Assembly: GCA_001642005.1 (NCBI GenBank)
Contig: LWCA01000098.1
Location: 1 to 55,780 of the forward strand
DNA length: 55,780 nucleotides
DNA from: Intoshia linei
Lineage: Eukaryota; Animalia; Orthonectida
Direction: 5' to 3'
Shown here: positions 12,133 through 25,549 of the stretch, piece by piece
Position numbering within the stretch: the first letter of the stretch is position 1
How the letters are laid out: every line of letters begins with the position of its first letter
Translations under genes and position numbers: made by a program
Notes under the pieces: model-generated
The model's database searches: none
The model's input: the letters and a program-made list of their open reading frames with translations, nothing else
What the model was told of the DNA's origin: nothing

Positions 12133-15100
12133 CTGAATCAACAATTGATATTTCTTTACTGCAAGAATTTTTATTTTCATAATAACACATTCTTACGTAC
12201 AATTTTGAAAATCTTAAAAATATTGGATCAATATATGTAAAGTTTTGATTTTTTTCACCGCGTATGCACAAGTCGTTTACATTTAATGCGTCCATTGAAA
12301 TCTAAATCCAAGTTTTATTTTATTTTAGTTTTAAGTTAATTTTCTCAGTTTGTTATCAAAGAGTAAGGAAAATTTTTCAGCATTTAGGCAGTGTTTCTCA
12401 AATTCTTGTTGCAACATAGAAGCAGATGATTCAATATCTTGCGGCATATTAGAAAAAACTAACAATACATATTTAGTATGTATATGTCATACTATATATT
12501 GTATAATATGTATCAGTGATTCTTAATTTTAAAATGTTTGCCATTTTATTACTTAATTATTATTAAAAATTACAATTACAATTGTGTAACTAGATATAGA
12601 AATGATGTTAAAAATATCAATATAATAAAAATACGCGATTATCCATGTTAATTTTTTTTGTACATCGGATATAGTATATTCAACTTTTTATGCTTGAAAA
12701 GGCTTTAAAAAACATTTTGAGGGCATATGGACCCGGTGTATTCTGTTTAATTTTAATTTCAGATAGTGGACTAATTTCTTTTATTGATAAGCCAGAATAA
12801 TGTCTGAAAATTTTTTATTTTCAATACAATATTCCGAAAACATTTAATAATTTTCATTGGTTTATCAATGCATATTACATTGTATGACAATTAAACAATT
12901 TACATGCACAATATTAAATTTCAGATGGCACAAACTTTGAGAAACACTGCTATAGTGTCACTAATTATTAGTGCAATTAATTCATCATTATTTCTTTCTT
13001 GAAGTTTCTTTTAATCAATAGAGTAAAATAATACCTGTAGGCATTTATCCATTCCAATTTCTTTATGATTAATACGCCCTTGTTTTCGATTATACATTAA
13101 ATTAGGTATAACTAATTCGTAGTCTAAAAATTATTATTAAAATAACATTAATAATAAATAATAATAAAAACTCAATAAAAGTTACTGTCATATACGTAAG
13201 TATAAGATGTTCTCAACAAATGTTCAATTTTATAATTTCCACACTTTTATTACCGTTTTTCGATGGTAAAGTTTTATCGAAAATTTTCAGAAAATTAGTC
13301 CTTCTAGGTCAAAAACTCCAATTATCCTTTTTTATAAAAATCTAACGCGTTCTAGAATTATAATTCATAAAAAATACACAATCTGATAAACATTATGATA
13401 AATTTCAATTTTAAAATCTTAAATCTTCATAGTCAAAACCACAAATTACCCTTTTTTTTTAAAAATGAAAAAAGTTATAGAATTATATAAAATTAAGTAG
13501 AAAATAAATTGTGGGATAGTTTTTAAAATCACAAACATTATCATCAATCATAAACACGAAAAAGTTTATTTTCATAGTCAAAACATTATAAGTTATAATG
13601 TTATAAATTATAACACATATAAAATATTTTGTGCAATGTAATACATAATTTTCACTCTAAACTCAAAATTCTGTATTTCTCCTTTTTCTCGTAGTCTCGA
13701 GAATAGTGATGTGTATAGAGAATAATGTATATTAATCAACCCCATAATTACGCAGAGTTATTAAAAAAATAACGATAATTGATAATATAGTTAAGTTCAG
13801 TCGTTCCCGATTCAAATAATGTATGCAGAGCCGTGAAGAGGGGACTGGGCCATATGAACCGGACCTAAAATCATGAAGAGTCTACTTTTGCAATTTATTA
13901 ATAGATAATATTGGAAAATTTCTTAAGTATACCAAAATTACCGTATAATAAAATGTTCTATTAAGTTTTATTCAGTCCAATTAGTTTTATTTTTTTATAT
14001 TAAATAATAAATGATTGATGAAGTAATTTATAGAGGTCCGATATTTTAAAAATGTTTTAATAGAAGCCTAATGCTGACTCTCCACGGCCCTGAATGTACG
14101 GACCTCCATTTCAAAATGTTTAATTTTTGGACTCAAAGGAAACATGAAATATAAAACTTTTATAAAAAAATTAAAGGTTTTTTCTCATAAAATTTGGTAA
14201 AATCGTGTTTTTGAAAAAAATATTGGAAAAATGAGATTTTTTATTTTGGTTTTTGGATTATAAAGTTGTTTCTCACAAGATTTGATAAAATCGGATTTTT
14301 CAAAAAAAAATTGGAAAAAAAGGATATTTCTCTTAAGCGTTGGTAAAATTGGATTTTTATTTTGTGGTTGGAACGGGGCCGTGGATAGGGGGCATTAATA
14401 GGTAATATTGGAAAATTTCTTAAATATGTCAAAATTATGATGATCAATGCGATTTTTAACAATTATTTTTAATTTTTAGTCAATAAACGATCGATTAAAC
14501 TATGTATAGACGTCCCAATTTTAAAGAATTTTTTGTAACGGCCCACAATGACCATCTGGCCCGAGCCTTCTGCTAACTCTCTACGGTCCTAAGTTCGAAT
14601 AAGAGGTTATTCTCATAAAATTTGGTAAAATCGTATTTTTCAAAAAGATTGGAAAAAGGGAATTTTTATTTTAGGGTTTGATTGATGATTAAGTAGATTT
14701 TGCAAAAAATATCAATATAAGTTGAAATTCTATTTTTTATTAAATCTTATTAATGGTGGGATCAAAGTGGGATTTTCTAAATAATAATGTAGCGGTCATC
14801 TAGGTTTTGGGATAAATTCCCAACGTCTGACAACTGTAATCAATATTAAAAATTCTCCCAACAAAAAAAAAAGTTGATAAAAATTTTTCCATATTTTATT
14901 TGAATCTCACAAACCCCAGAATATAGTTTTGGAGCCCAAGTAGTCCAGGGATACCAATCAGGAACCACTGGTTAATTGTTATTAACACTATGTTATGTTC
15001 AATTTGAAAATTTTTACCATTCTTATATTTTCTTACGACTGAATATGCAGTAATAACACACAGTGTTAAAAAGACTTTACTCACTTTTATTTTAATTTTT

Positions 15101-18100
15101 AGGGTTTTTAAAAATTTTGGAGTGCACCGTAATTGAAAATGTGATGTAAATACATTAAATTCAATAAAATTACTTAATTCTAAATATAAATTGTAAAATA
15201 CCGAATCAATTAAATTATAACGGTTCATTAAATAACAATAAATAATGTGCACTTTAAAAATAACAAATGTATCATGGTTTGATGATTTTCGTTAGTGTTA
15301 GATACGTATAGATTTATAATAGTACTGAATTGCTGAATTTTACAAACCGGGTATGTTGATTACACACTTTGTCGGTATAAAAATCAGATTTACCAAAATT
15401 TAATAAAAAATTCCAATTTTAACTGATCTTTTAATAATAGTGTTTCCAATAAAAACGTATGGTAAAGAACACAAACAGAAATTATACCCATGTGACCTAT
15501 ATTTTGATCCACATGAAGTCATAAAATACACTACAGTTTCTTACCTAGGGTTTTAAATTTTTGTATTTTAGATTTTTCACTCTCACCATATTGATTAATA
15601 GCTGATATTATCAATTGATATTCCGTATTTGCATTTAATTCTAAAAAAAAATTGAATTTTAAAAACGGAAAAATTATACTATTCAAATAAATGTGATCCT
15701 TTAGACTAGTAACAATAACAGACCGACGGGTGTTAATTTCTTTTAAAAATAGTTTAAATTTAGATGTTAATCCACCATCAAACATTAAATTCCACGAAAT
15801 CATGACTCTATTTGGATTTATATTGACAATTTTAATATTCTTTGGTACAAATGGTTTTCCTATTAATTAAAATATAATTTTTGATTAAATCATTAATATA
15901 TTAATGTAAATTCAAAAACAAACCTTGTGCCAAAACAGTAAACTTTAACATTGTTTTTCCTTGAGAATTTTTTGATTTACACATATAGTTGCCAATATTT
16001 TCTGTTTGAGCATTATTTAGTATTAATTGAGACATGTAATAATGACCAATCGACTCTTGTTTCAATTTAGTCATGTTGGTTTTTATTTTATCATGACCGA
16101 TAAAATCTTTTACTAATTGGTCATCGGTGTTGTAAAATTCCCATTCAACTTCTGAGTAAGGGTTTGATTCTATAAAACACCTCAGTATGGTTGGTTTGTT
16201 AATGTTAATCGCATGAATATTTTTAGGTGTGGATAAAATTGGTTTGTCTAATATTATATTTTTACATATTAAAAAAAATAGTCATACAGTAAACTACAAC
16301 GTTTGTTGATTGAATTATTTTGTAATCATCAATTTCTGGATTTTTTGCAATGCATGTATATTTTCCACTCATTTTGTGAGTTTTATTTTCTAAAAAAATT
16401 TTAAAAGTTTTTCATCCACAAATTTGATGGAATAATAAATACGGTAGGGTATCATAATTCATCATGAATTATAAGATTTTCTAAAACTGCGAAATATAAA
16501 TTAACTTTGTAACAGTTCACACATACGAATCCTTAGGAGTTTTTGGGTGGTGACCCCGGTAAGAATAACAGATTTTATTCTATTTATTTATTAATATTAT
16601 TCATACATATTTGTAAATAAATCATTAATTACCTGATTGGACGAATTTTATAATTGAAGTAGTGTTTTGAACACCATTATCTAAAAATTTGGAAAATTCA
16701 TCCATTTGATATTCAAAATGTTGATTTTTAGAAAAATTATTTCTTTTTTGAACATCGACACTGTATGTTGGTTTTAGTTGGTTTTCTTCATTAAAAGATT
16801 TATTGAATGACTGAAAAAACCAATCAATATTTGCTGCTGGTTTAGATAAAACAGAACAGGATAAATAGAAATTATCCAAGTCTTTTTTTTGGACTTTTAT
16901 GCTTTTTTCAATTAGTTTTCCTATCCAATTGGGCCGAACTATAATAAAGTATTATTTTCATTTTTTTAAAACACCATTATAAAATTACGATACAATGATA
17001 AAATGATGATAAAATTTAAATTTAATGTTGAATTTTAAATTTTTTTATAATATTATCAATTTTTATATACTGCCAATCATAATTTTACATTAAAAATCTA
17101 TATGGACTTTTGCGGATTAATTAAAAAGTTTGTGATTTTTGTGTGTATATTAGACCACAAAAAATATTATTTTCATTCTTTACTACATTGTTTCACATAT
17201 TACATATATATTAAATTTATTATGCGGTACATTTTAAAAATTTTGCGGTAAACCGTTTGATAAACACTGTCATATATTAAGGGGATTAATTAATTTGTCA
17301 GTATTTTAATTAAATACTGACATTTTTTAATAAAAAATGTTCCTTATTTTCAACATAAAATTGTCAGTATACACATTCAAATATCAGTAATAAAAAAAGT
17401 ATTTTGTCAGTATTCAATTAAATATTTGTCAGTTTTTAATTGCTTTCTTGTCAGTACATAATTGCATTTTTGTCAGTAAATATATTAACTAGATCAGTAT
17501 TCATCGAAAATTGTAAGTAACTCAACAAAAAAGTATATAGAAATAAACAAATTTTATAAAATCATATTTTGTCAGTAAAAAAATTGAATTGTAAGTTTGA
17601 TGATTTTGGAGTGATAGTATAAAAATTAAAAATCTAGTTTTTGAAAATTGAATGTAATTATGTCAATCCCTTTAATCTTTTTTATATCTCTCTTGTCTTT
17701 ATTATTATCCTTGTGAGGTTAATAATTAGGTTAATCTTATGAAATACTTTATATAATAATATCATCCACTACAGACCCAAGTTAAAACTAAAATATTAAG
17801 ATATTATATTATACCTACAAACCAAATTATAGAATATTTCTAATTTTTTTGTAATTTTCACACCAGAGAATCCAATTTAAATACTGACAATCAATTATGT
17901 ATACTGACACCTTATCAATTGGCACCTAAAATACTGACAAACCATCTACAATACTGAAAAATCAATAAGAAAAATACTGATACAATAAATGCACGCCTAA
18001 AGGTAAATGTATTTTTTTATTAATTTATAGTTGGTTTTTAAATTATAATTAATTATCAAATAAAAACCATTAACGCTCAATTTTTGTTTTATACTATTTC

Positions 18101-18274
18101 TTGAAATTTTGTTGTAAGCACCACATTCATATGTTCCTTCGTTTTCCAAACTAATCTGATTAATTACAAGTATTGAAGTTTTTGTATTTTGATCATAAAA
18201 TGATTCTAAAAGATCAATTTCTTTAGATTCATCATTTGGAAAAAATTTCCAATAGCGATTTCCGGGTGGATTTC
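12133..18274 (-). CDS. Immunoglobulin-superfamily cell-adhesion protein (at least 3 Ig plus FN3; nephrin/echinoid-like), partial model
   Basis: Phase-compatible exons 18274-18068, 16938-16633, 16389-16288, 16247-15924, 15859-15680, 15640-15545, 13123-13035 and 12301-12133. Motifs: GNPP..W..EGTYECGAYN, LSCSVLSKPAANIDW, SGKYTCIAKN, LRCFIESNPYSEVEW..GNYMCKSKN, and FN3 ISWNLMFDGGL..TEYQLIISAINQYGES. 5' and 3' ends unresolved. Confidence 0.85.
12389..12949. mobile_element. hAT-type MITE in IgSF intron
   Basis: TIRs CAGTGTTTCTCAAA ... TTTGAGAAACACTG. TSD not clearly preserved. Confidence 0.75.
13826..14092. mobile_element. Nested hAT MITE
   Basis: TIRs CAGAGCCGTGAAGAG / CTCTCCACGGCCCTG; TSD aatgtatg/aatgtacg. 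Confidence 0.8.
14374..14591. mobile_element. Second nested copy of the same small hAT MITE
   Basis: CGGGGCCGTGGATAG ... CTCTCTACGGTCCTA; TSD ggttggaa/agttcgaa. A further fragment lies near 31754-31830. Confidence 0.65.
17281..17671. mobile_element. Non-autonomous TTAA-targeting element (Kolobok-like) with internal GTCAGTA repeats
   Basis: Flanked by TTAA (17277-80, 17672-75). Termini GGGGATTAATTAATT / AATTATGTCAATCCCT, with roughly ten (T)GTCAGTA motifs inside. Confidence 0.6.
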
Positions 18275-18372
18275 CTAAAATATTTATAAAATTTTATTTG
18301 TATTGAATACTAATTAAAGGTAATATAAATTAAAGGTAATGTAATAAGCTGTTCCCAATATATGGTATATAA

Positions 18373-18643
18373 CAGGGATCGCCAACCTTTTTCGTCTCGT
18401 GTACTATTTTTTATATCCATAAATTGTATGGACCCGATTTTGAATTTCTACACATAATAGATTGCAATTTTAACTGAATAGAAACGGTTCTAGTATATTT
18501 AACAAAATAAATTTGTTAGTTTAGTGAATAGTAGGATTTTTAAGTAAGATTTTCAACGTGAATTTATTTTTTTGGTAGAATCAAAATGTGCCCTCGGCAG
18601 AGCTAGGTATTGTTTGTACGTAGTACATAACAGTCAACCTAGT
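18373..18643 (+). mobile_element. Truncated hAT MITE (50547 family) fused to a Helitron-like 3' end
   Basis: Starts CAGGGATCGCCAACC, like 50547. Ends CTCGGCAGAGCTAGG..TGTTTGTACGTAGTACATAACA (hairpin)..CCTAGT. Confidence 0.65.
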
Positions 18644-19251
18644 TGATTATTTTACACAATACAAAGAAATAAAATTTAATATATTACAACAAATATACAA
18701 AATTAAAACATTGTAGCTTTATCCATTCCATCTAAATTATATCAAGATTTCATGGTGGTAACACAGGTAGACAACTGAAAAATGGTTCTGGTCCTTTCTC
18801 GATAATATGAATAATGTTTTGTTTCATTTCTGTCAAATATCTATGAACTTAATAAATAATTTCCCAGATAAATTTATTTAGAACATACATTTTATCGATT
18901 CAAAGATATAACTGACTGGATGATCACGACAGTACAATTATAAGTGTAATTATAATAATAGATTCAAAGATATTCAAAATAGTGAAAAACAATGCTCCAA
19001 TATGAATATATATTCAAAAATTTCATAGTGTAACGAGATAGGATCTAAACGTAATCCTAGTAATAATTGTTGATTTACCAATGATTATTGAAATAAAAAT
19101 TCAAATAACGTATAAAAAATTCAAATTTACTGTATATTAATCAATGCGTTAAAATAACAAATGAAAAAAATTTACGTGCTGACTTTAAGTATATCTAAAG
19201 ATTTAATTTTTAACAGCAGCCCACTTGTACCAAAAGTAAACACATATACAG

Positions 19252-22200
19252 CTAAATAGCTAAAACAGCAAATTTACCTAATTTTTCACTTAAAACAATT
19301 TGAGCACATTTCATTTCTGCCATTTGAATAGTAAGCCCCTTACTAGTAGCCAATAAGTAATTTTTGAAAAATACAGATACAGTGTATTCGGGTTTTCCAT
19401 TTATCATTTCCTTCGCCACTACTCTAAATTTAATTAAAAATTATAAATTATTGTAAACAATCATGTAACTAAAATTTAAAAATTACTCATATTTGGGCAA
19501 ATCGGGAGTAGACTGATTAATGTTTCTAAGATTAACACATTTCTGTTGTAATTTTGATTTTGGATCATTCCATATACCCAAATCAATGAAGCCGTCTATT
19601 CTCACAAATAGAGTAGCTTTACAAAAAGCATAACAAGCATCCAAACCTTTATCCACATATAATGATGCAATAAAGGCTAAATATATCTTATAAATCTAGT
19701 GTAAACATTTAAACCTTCCAGTAAATCTGCTTTCGTTTTAGTTTTTAATTCCCGAGTATGTTCATCAATAATATACTCTACTAATCCAATTTCATCAAAA
19801 ATTCGAGCTTGTACAAACTTATTGACCAACGTGTTACGTAAAAGCTAAATTAACAAAAATAAAAAATATTTTTTAATATTCACAGATAAGTGTCCTTCCT
19901 GATGATGACTAAAGTTTTTGTATAAATGGTCACTGACCAATAATTTAAATATCGTATCACCCAACATTTCTAAACGCTGATTGTTACCTCTAAAACAACA
20001 TACATTGGTATAAAACACAACTTACTTGGTTAAGAAATTAGTTTTCACTGACGGCATAGTAAGAGCTTTTGCTAAAAGTCTAATATGTTTAAATTGAATG
20101 CAACACATTTTTTCTAATTTTGTCAATTTTTTTAATATACTACTTGTTTCAATAAGGTGGCGATCTCCATTAGCGTAATCAATTTGTAATTCATGTTTAA
20201 ATGATAAATTCCATGTTTTACGGAGACTGAGATTTTCATGAAATAAGCTATTTGACACAAAATCTGAAATGACCGAAAACTGACCAGAATCCAAATAAAT
20301 TGCTCCAACCAGTGCTTCAAATATATTGGCTATTGCACAATCAATACTTTCAGTCTTTTCATAATCAGAATTGTGTAAAATTAACATAAATTTATGGATT
20401 TGGTAATATCTCGCCAAAATAGCCAATTGGCGGTTACGTACTATGCTTTTTTTAAAAGCAACAATTGTGCCTTCGTCATAATGTGGAAACATGTAAAATA
20501 ATTTATCAATAATGACATAGTCCAATACTGCATCACCCAGATATTCCAATCTTTCGTTATTTTCATCCTAAATACAAATGCAAAAATATACAATTTTATA
20601 TTCTACAATTGTATAATAGATCCGCGTTTCGCAATCTCACGTTGTCATATATCAGAATTTCGAAGCAAACAGAAAAAAACTAAGATAAATCATTATTATA
20701 AATTTCTATTAGATAAGATTGTACTTTAAAAAAAGTTGTGAAACACTTCAGTAAATTATGATTTCTAAACCTGGCGTTGCGAGTAGATGAAATTATTACA
20801 ATTGTATATTGAAAAAAATAATATATTTTCAAAATTTTATAATTATTTAAATGGTTATTTTGGAAGAATGAGGCCTCATTTTAAATAAATTTCATCGATA
20901 CCATCAAAACGCTCTCGGATCTCAATACATCAAGTTCAATAAATTGTTAATAAATTCAATAATAAATTGAATTGGATTCGATTCTTGAATTTAAAATTTC
21001 CTCGGAAATCACAATCACTAATTACAATAAGTGAAGTCTCGTAAAATTTTTGGTTATTCGTAATAGGCATTAGAGTTCTTCAACATCATCCGATTCGAAC
21101 ACGAACTTCGCATCGTGTTGAAACTTTATTAATATTTCCTGTTTTAAGTTATTAACTAACTAATCTTTAACTTTTAATTTGAATTGTGAATAAATAAATT
21201 TTTTTGTTTCAAATTTTTATATTAAATTTTAATCGTGTTTCGGACAAAAAATTTTAGAATTAGGATATAGTAAAATATTATACACACAAAATTACGTATA
21301 TCATGGTATTATTTTCTTTACTTCTAATGGACATAATTTTCAATAGAGGATAAATGCCTTTTTTTCTTTTTGAATTTAAATGTTGCTTACCATAATGAAT
21401 AAACCGTGAACAACAATTGGATTGTATAGTTTTAATGTGATCACAATTGACACTAAAATACATATTTCTATAAGAGGTATGAGTAAGAGCTAATTTAAGC
21501 AATTTGAGTGATTTAAACTTGTAATTAATATACTTTTCCAGGTGTGATAAACATTTAATTAAACGTAAATGGTCCAAAATTGCTGGTAAAAGCAAAGCGT
21601 GTTGTGAAATATCGCAACGAAGACCAGTATTCATGACAGCAAGAGGGTTTAATTTGATATGACACTTGCGTGTTTTATTAGAATTGAAATCTGAAATAAT
21701 TTGTTGATAAGTTTGCATCAATTCATTGTCTGAATCAGATATAGTTTTAAATGAATTTAGATGGTTAATTTTGTTTAGTTTTTTAGTGGCTTCTCTAAAT
21801 TTTTTATCATTATAGATAGCACTCATTGTTTTTTCAGTTTTAATATGAACCAAAAGAATAGGTTCGTTTTGCATATTTTCATTTAATTCAATACTATCAA
21901 TTCGCACAGACGATGGAAGATGGCCGGGTTTAGCAACAAGCGAACCACACATGATATCAGAAAAAAGTGCAAAATTTTCAGAGTCATAATTGCTCATAAC
22001 AGGTTTATAACTTGACAACAGATAATTGAGTACATCTTCCGGTGAAAGCATTTCAATAACATTTTTATTGTGGCGTATAAATCTTGGAGTAAAATGAAAC
22101 CCTTTACAAGTATGGGATTCGGATTTTTCTAAAGGTGAGACAAGGTTAAAATCAAATAAATCGAGTAAGTCGTTAAAAATGTAACGAGAAATGGTGTCAA

Positions 22201-22990
22201 TTGTTTTTATGGTTGAGAAACGAAAAGGGCGGTGTCTAATTAACAAAATTTTATAATTGATTGAAAAAATATTAATATATAGAGGAAACATATCGTTTAA
22301 CTCATTATGCAATAAAATTGAAAATCCTTCAAAACGAAAGGGACCATTTTCATCAATGTAAATACTGGTTGGTAGGGTAAAATTAAAATTTGTGTCTGGT
22401 AAAATTATCAATTTATAATGGTGTAATTCAATACAAGATCCACCCGTACATTCGACCAAATTTTCTCCAGGATATATACCATGATGTATTCCATAAGATT
22501 TATATTTATCCAAACATGTACAACTAGGAGAATCTTTGCGCATATTTGGCTCATTAAAATGTAATTGTGGATGCCAACACATTTTACAATTTTGCTTTCT
22601 TTGTAAAATTTCTTTGTATAAATGAGTATTTTGTCTCAATTCTTTACCATCGATAGCATAATCTTTAGCATCAACCTTTTGCGGTTCTACAGTATCACTT
22701 TCACATTCTCCTTCTTCGTATTCAGAATTTTGCTTTTCTTCTTCAAAATCATATTCCTTTTTTTTATTATTTATTTTCCAATTTTCGTTTATAGAGTACA
22801 TTTTGTAAAAATATTTTTCATCCTTCCATTTTTCCAAATAATCTTTTTTCGATAAATTTATAGGGTTCAATACATTTGTTATAAAATTTTCAGTCATTGC
22901 TTCACACTCATTTGCCATAAAATATTTATCACTCATATAAATCATTGTCCTTGTTTTTTCATTATTTCCACCATTTAATTTTCTATTCAT
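19252..22990 (-). CDS. DROSHA: Ribonuclease III Drosha (~944 aa, 6 exons; last exon may splice further to ~19023)
   Basis: Exons 22990-21296, 20567-20026, 19989-19884, 19844-19715, 19676-19487 and 19423-19252 (2835 nt, in frame). Central-domain motifs SCTC..GIHHGIYPGE, FEGFSIL, FHFTPRF, TGLRCDISQHALLLP and LALTHTSY; RIIIDa NERLEYLGDAVL..ANIFEALVGAIYLD; RIIIDb NQRLEMLGD..KADLLEAFIASLYVDKG; dsRBD NDPKSKLQQ. Confidence 0.96.
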
Positions 22991-23237
22991 CCTTTTTAAA
23001 TAGATAGAATTTTATCTTCTAAAAAATCATCTTAAATTAAGGCTTAATCACATTCACTTCTAAATAGGTTACCATAGTTTTTATTTCAAATAAACTTACT
23101 ATGGATATTAATTTTAATAAAATTATTTGCATTTTTCCATTCTCCCATTGTTGCCTTATAGAATTTCAGACCAAATATAATTTACATTATTTAACCACAT
23201 TTGTCAACTGTATTTACATTCATTGTTTAACATTTTT
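22991..23237. promoter_or_regulatory. Putative bidirectional promoter, Drosha/ALG14
   Basis: 247 nt between divergent ATGs; inferred from gene arrangement only. Confidence 0.5.
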
Positions 23238-25116
23238 ATGATTCTTCAATTTTTATTTATACTTATTATTTTATATTTCATTGTCAAATTTATTAAATCA
23301 AAATGTATACACTGTTACATTGATCAAAAATCTTTAATGGCTTTTTTCGGTTCAGGTATTCATAAATGTATATAAAGTTAAGATTTACTTTTTATATGAA
23401 ATCTAAGCTTTTTCAATTTGAAAAATTCAAAGCAGCAACCCACTTTTAAGTATAAGTTCCTTACAGCCTTACGGGCGCACAATTATGTCTTGCGATCTTG
23501 TGAAAAGACTTGGCATATATAATGTATTTAGGAGGACACACATCCGAAATGATGTGTATGATGAATCAAATATTGTCAAAAAGGAAAATCATTGATACAT
23601 ATTATTTTGTATATAATCGAGGTGATGAACCTACTGAAATTATTTTGAAAAACCTTGAAATAAAGTATTCAAAATACAAAGTATTTTTTTCAAAATTCTG
23701 AGGCGATTAAATATTAAAATAATTATTTTAATGTATTTTAGATAATTCTGATGCCAGTTTCTCGAGCCAGAAAAGTTAGTCAATCGCTCATTACTTCTTG
23801 TTTCACGACTATGTATTCTTTTTGTGAGATTCTTTTCAAAGTCTTTTTTGTCCATTCAACTATTGTACATTTTTAGTAGTAATGTTTATTTTAAAATAGA
23901 TAATATCAAATGGACCTGGAACTGGGCTAATTTTATTGCTGATTGGAAAATTAAGAAATTTCGTAATACAAATTAATTTTAAAATTGCATATTAATAACT
24001 TACCAAATTAAACTCAATATACCTTACCCCTTTAGCAATATACAGGCTAATTCCTGGTTAACGAACTGTGAATTTTTCTGAAGTAAGTATCTGAATTCCG
24101 ATAAATTTTAACTTAAAATGATTAGCATCATAATTATACTAAAGCTTTTTCAGTTCAAATTAAAAGCTTTAGATGCTACTATATAACATTATATTTTCTA
24201 CTTGATTAGTGATGATAATAATGTTGATTATTAATTATATGAAATAACCTCATAATATAGGTTAAATGGAATGAACTTCAAAATATTTTCAATTTTTCAT
24301 TGTTTTAATGCAGTGGTTCCTGGTTCAAATAGAGTACGAACCTCCATTTCAAAATATTTATTTTTTGCACCCAAAGGAAAACATGAAATATAAAACATTA
24401 ATGAAAAAATTAAAGGTTTCTCATCATAGGATTTATTAAAATCGTGTTTTTCATAAAAATATTGGAAAAATAAGATTTTTTTATTGAGGGTTTGGTAAAA
24501 TTGGATTTTTTATTTTATGGTTTAATTAAGTAGGTTTTTTTCATAAGGTTTCATAAAATCAGATTTTTCAAAACAATATCGGTAAAAGTCAATTTTTCAC
24601 TGAGGGCTTGAGATGGTATTTTTGTATTAAATTTTATTAATGTGATAATAGTGGCATTTATAAATAATAATGTAGCGATCATCTAGAAACACTAATAAAT
24701 ATTTGAAATTCTCCTATAAAAATAAACAAAAGTTGATCAAAATTTTATTTGAATCTCACGAACCCCAAGCATATAATTTTGGACCCTAATCTGGAACCAG
24801 TTTTAATGTACTTTTCTTCACTTTCCTTAAGATAAACGCACGCTAGGTTCCATATTGACCAAAAATTATTGTTTAATTTATGTAATTAACATTAAATCTA
24901 ATTATAGTTTGTATCAATTTTGTTATTTAGTTTTATGCGACTGCCAGAATAAAATTACCAAAAACGAAACTATTATACATAGAAAGTATTTGCCGAACTA
25001 AAACATTGTCAAAATCTGGATATATAGCTTACACTTTTGTTAATGAATTTGTCGTTCAATGGAAAAATTTGAAATTGGCATATCCAAAATCTAATTATTT
25101 AGGGTTTTTGTTTTGA
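23238..25116 (+). CDS. ALG14: UDP-N-acetylglucosamine transferase subunit ALG14
   Basis: Exons 23238-23355, 23532-23680, 23742-23864, 23900-23962 and 24931-25116. N-terminal TM segment, GSGGHTSEM, SRARKVSQS, NGPGT, YIESICRTKTLSKSG, FVVQW..L...YP...YLG. Confidence 0.95.
24311..24800. mobile_element. hAT MITE in ALG14 intron 4
   Basis: CAGTGGTTCCTG ... CTGGAACCAG with perfect 8-bp TSD TTTTAATG (24303-10, 24801-08). Confidence 0.85.
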
Positions 25117-25549
25117 TTAAATGTTCTATTTTTTACCTTTTATCTTATACATTGACTTCCGTTTTGTTTTTCATATTTTCTGATACGACTGCGCGTTACT
25201 TTTATTGATTATTAACTGTACTGTACTAGGTCGAGTGCTGACGATAATTAAGAAAAATTTAAGGTATTTTTAGTGGAATTTAGTTTTCCAAAAAATGTTT
25301 TTTAGTTTTTTTGTAAGAGAGTACAAGATTTTAACAACTCTAAATAGGTTTATTTACAATTTTATTTTTTCTGTACTTTAAGGTATATGACAATTTTTAG
25401 GAATGTACTGTTTTTACCTTATTTTTAGCATTATACAACCATTCTCTAATAAATTTATAAATTAGCATCACAAAATTGTTAAAAAAATTAAATTAAGTGT
25501 GAATAATTCACTTTAAATTTAAATATAATGTGAAATGACAGGTCCATGT

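Larger units (their letters stand above)
13798..14970. mobile_element. hAT MITE (same family as 24311-24800) carrying two nested smaller MITEs
   Basis: TIRs CAGTCGTTCCCGATT / AATCAGGAACCACTG, imperfect 8-bp TSD gttaagtt/gttaattg, body similar to 24311-24800. Confidence 0.8.

Noticed and set aside
20568-21295. miRNA-like autoregulatory hairpin in Drosha intron 1
   Set aside because: No long stem seen by eye. Part of it resembles repeat sequence near 32098-32135, so it is probably TE-derived; RNA folding would be needed.
22622-22855. Antisense ORFs over real exons (also 20132, 23640, 47687, 47791, 48231, 52594, 53745)
   Set aside because: Shadow or alternate-frame ORFs of genuine coding exons with low-complexity composition.
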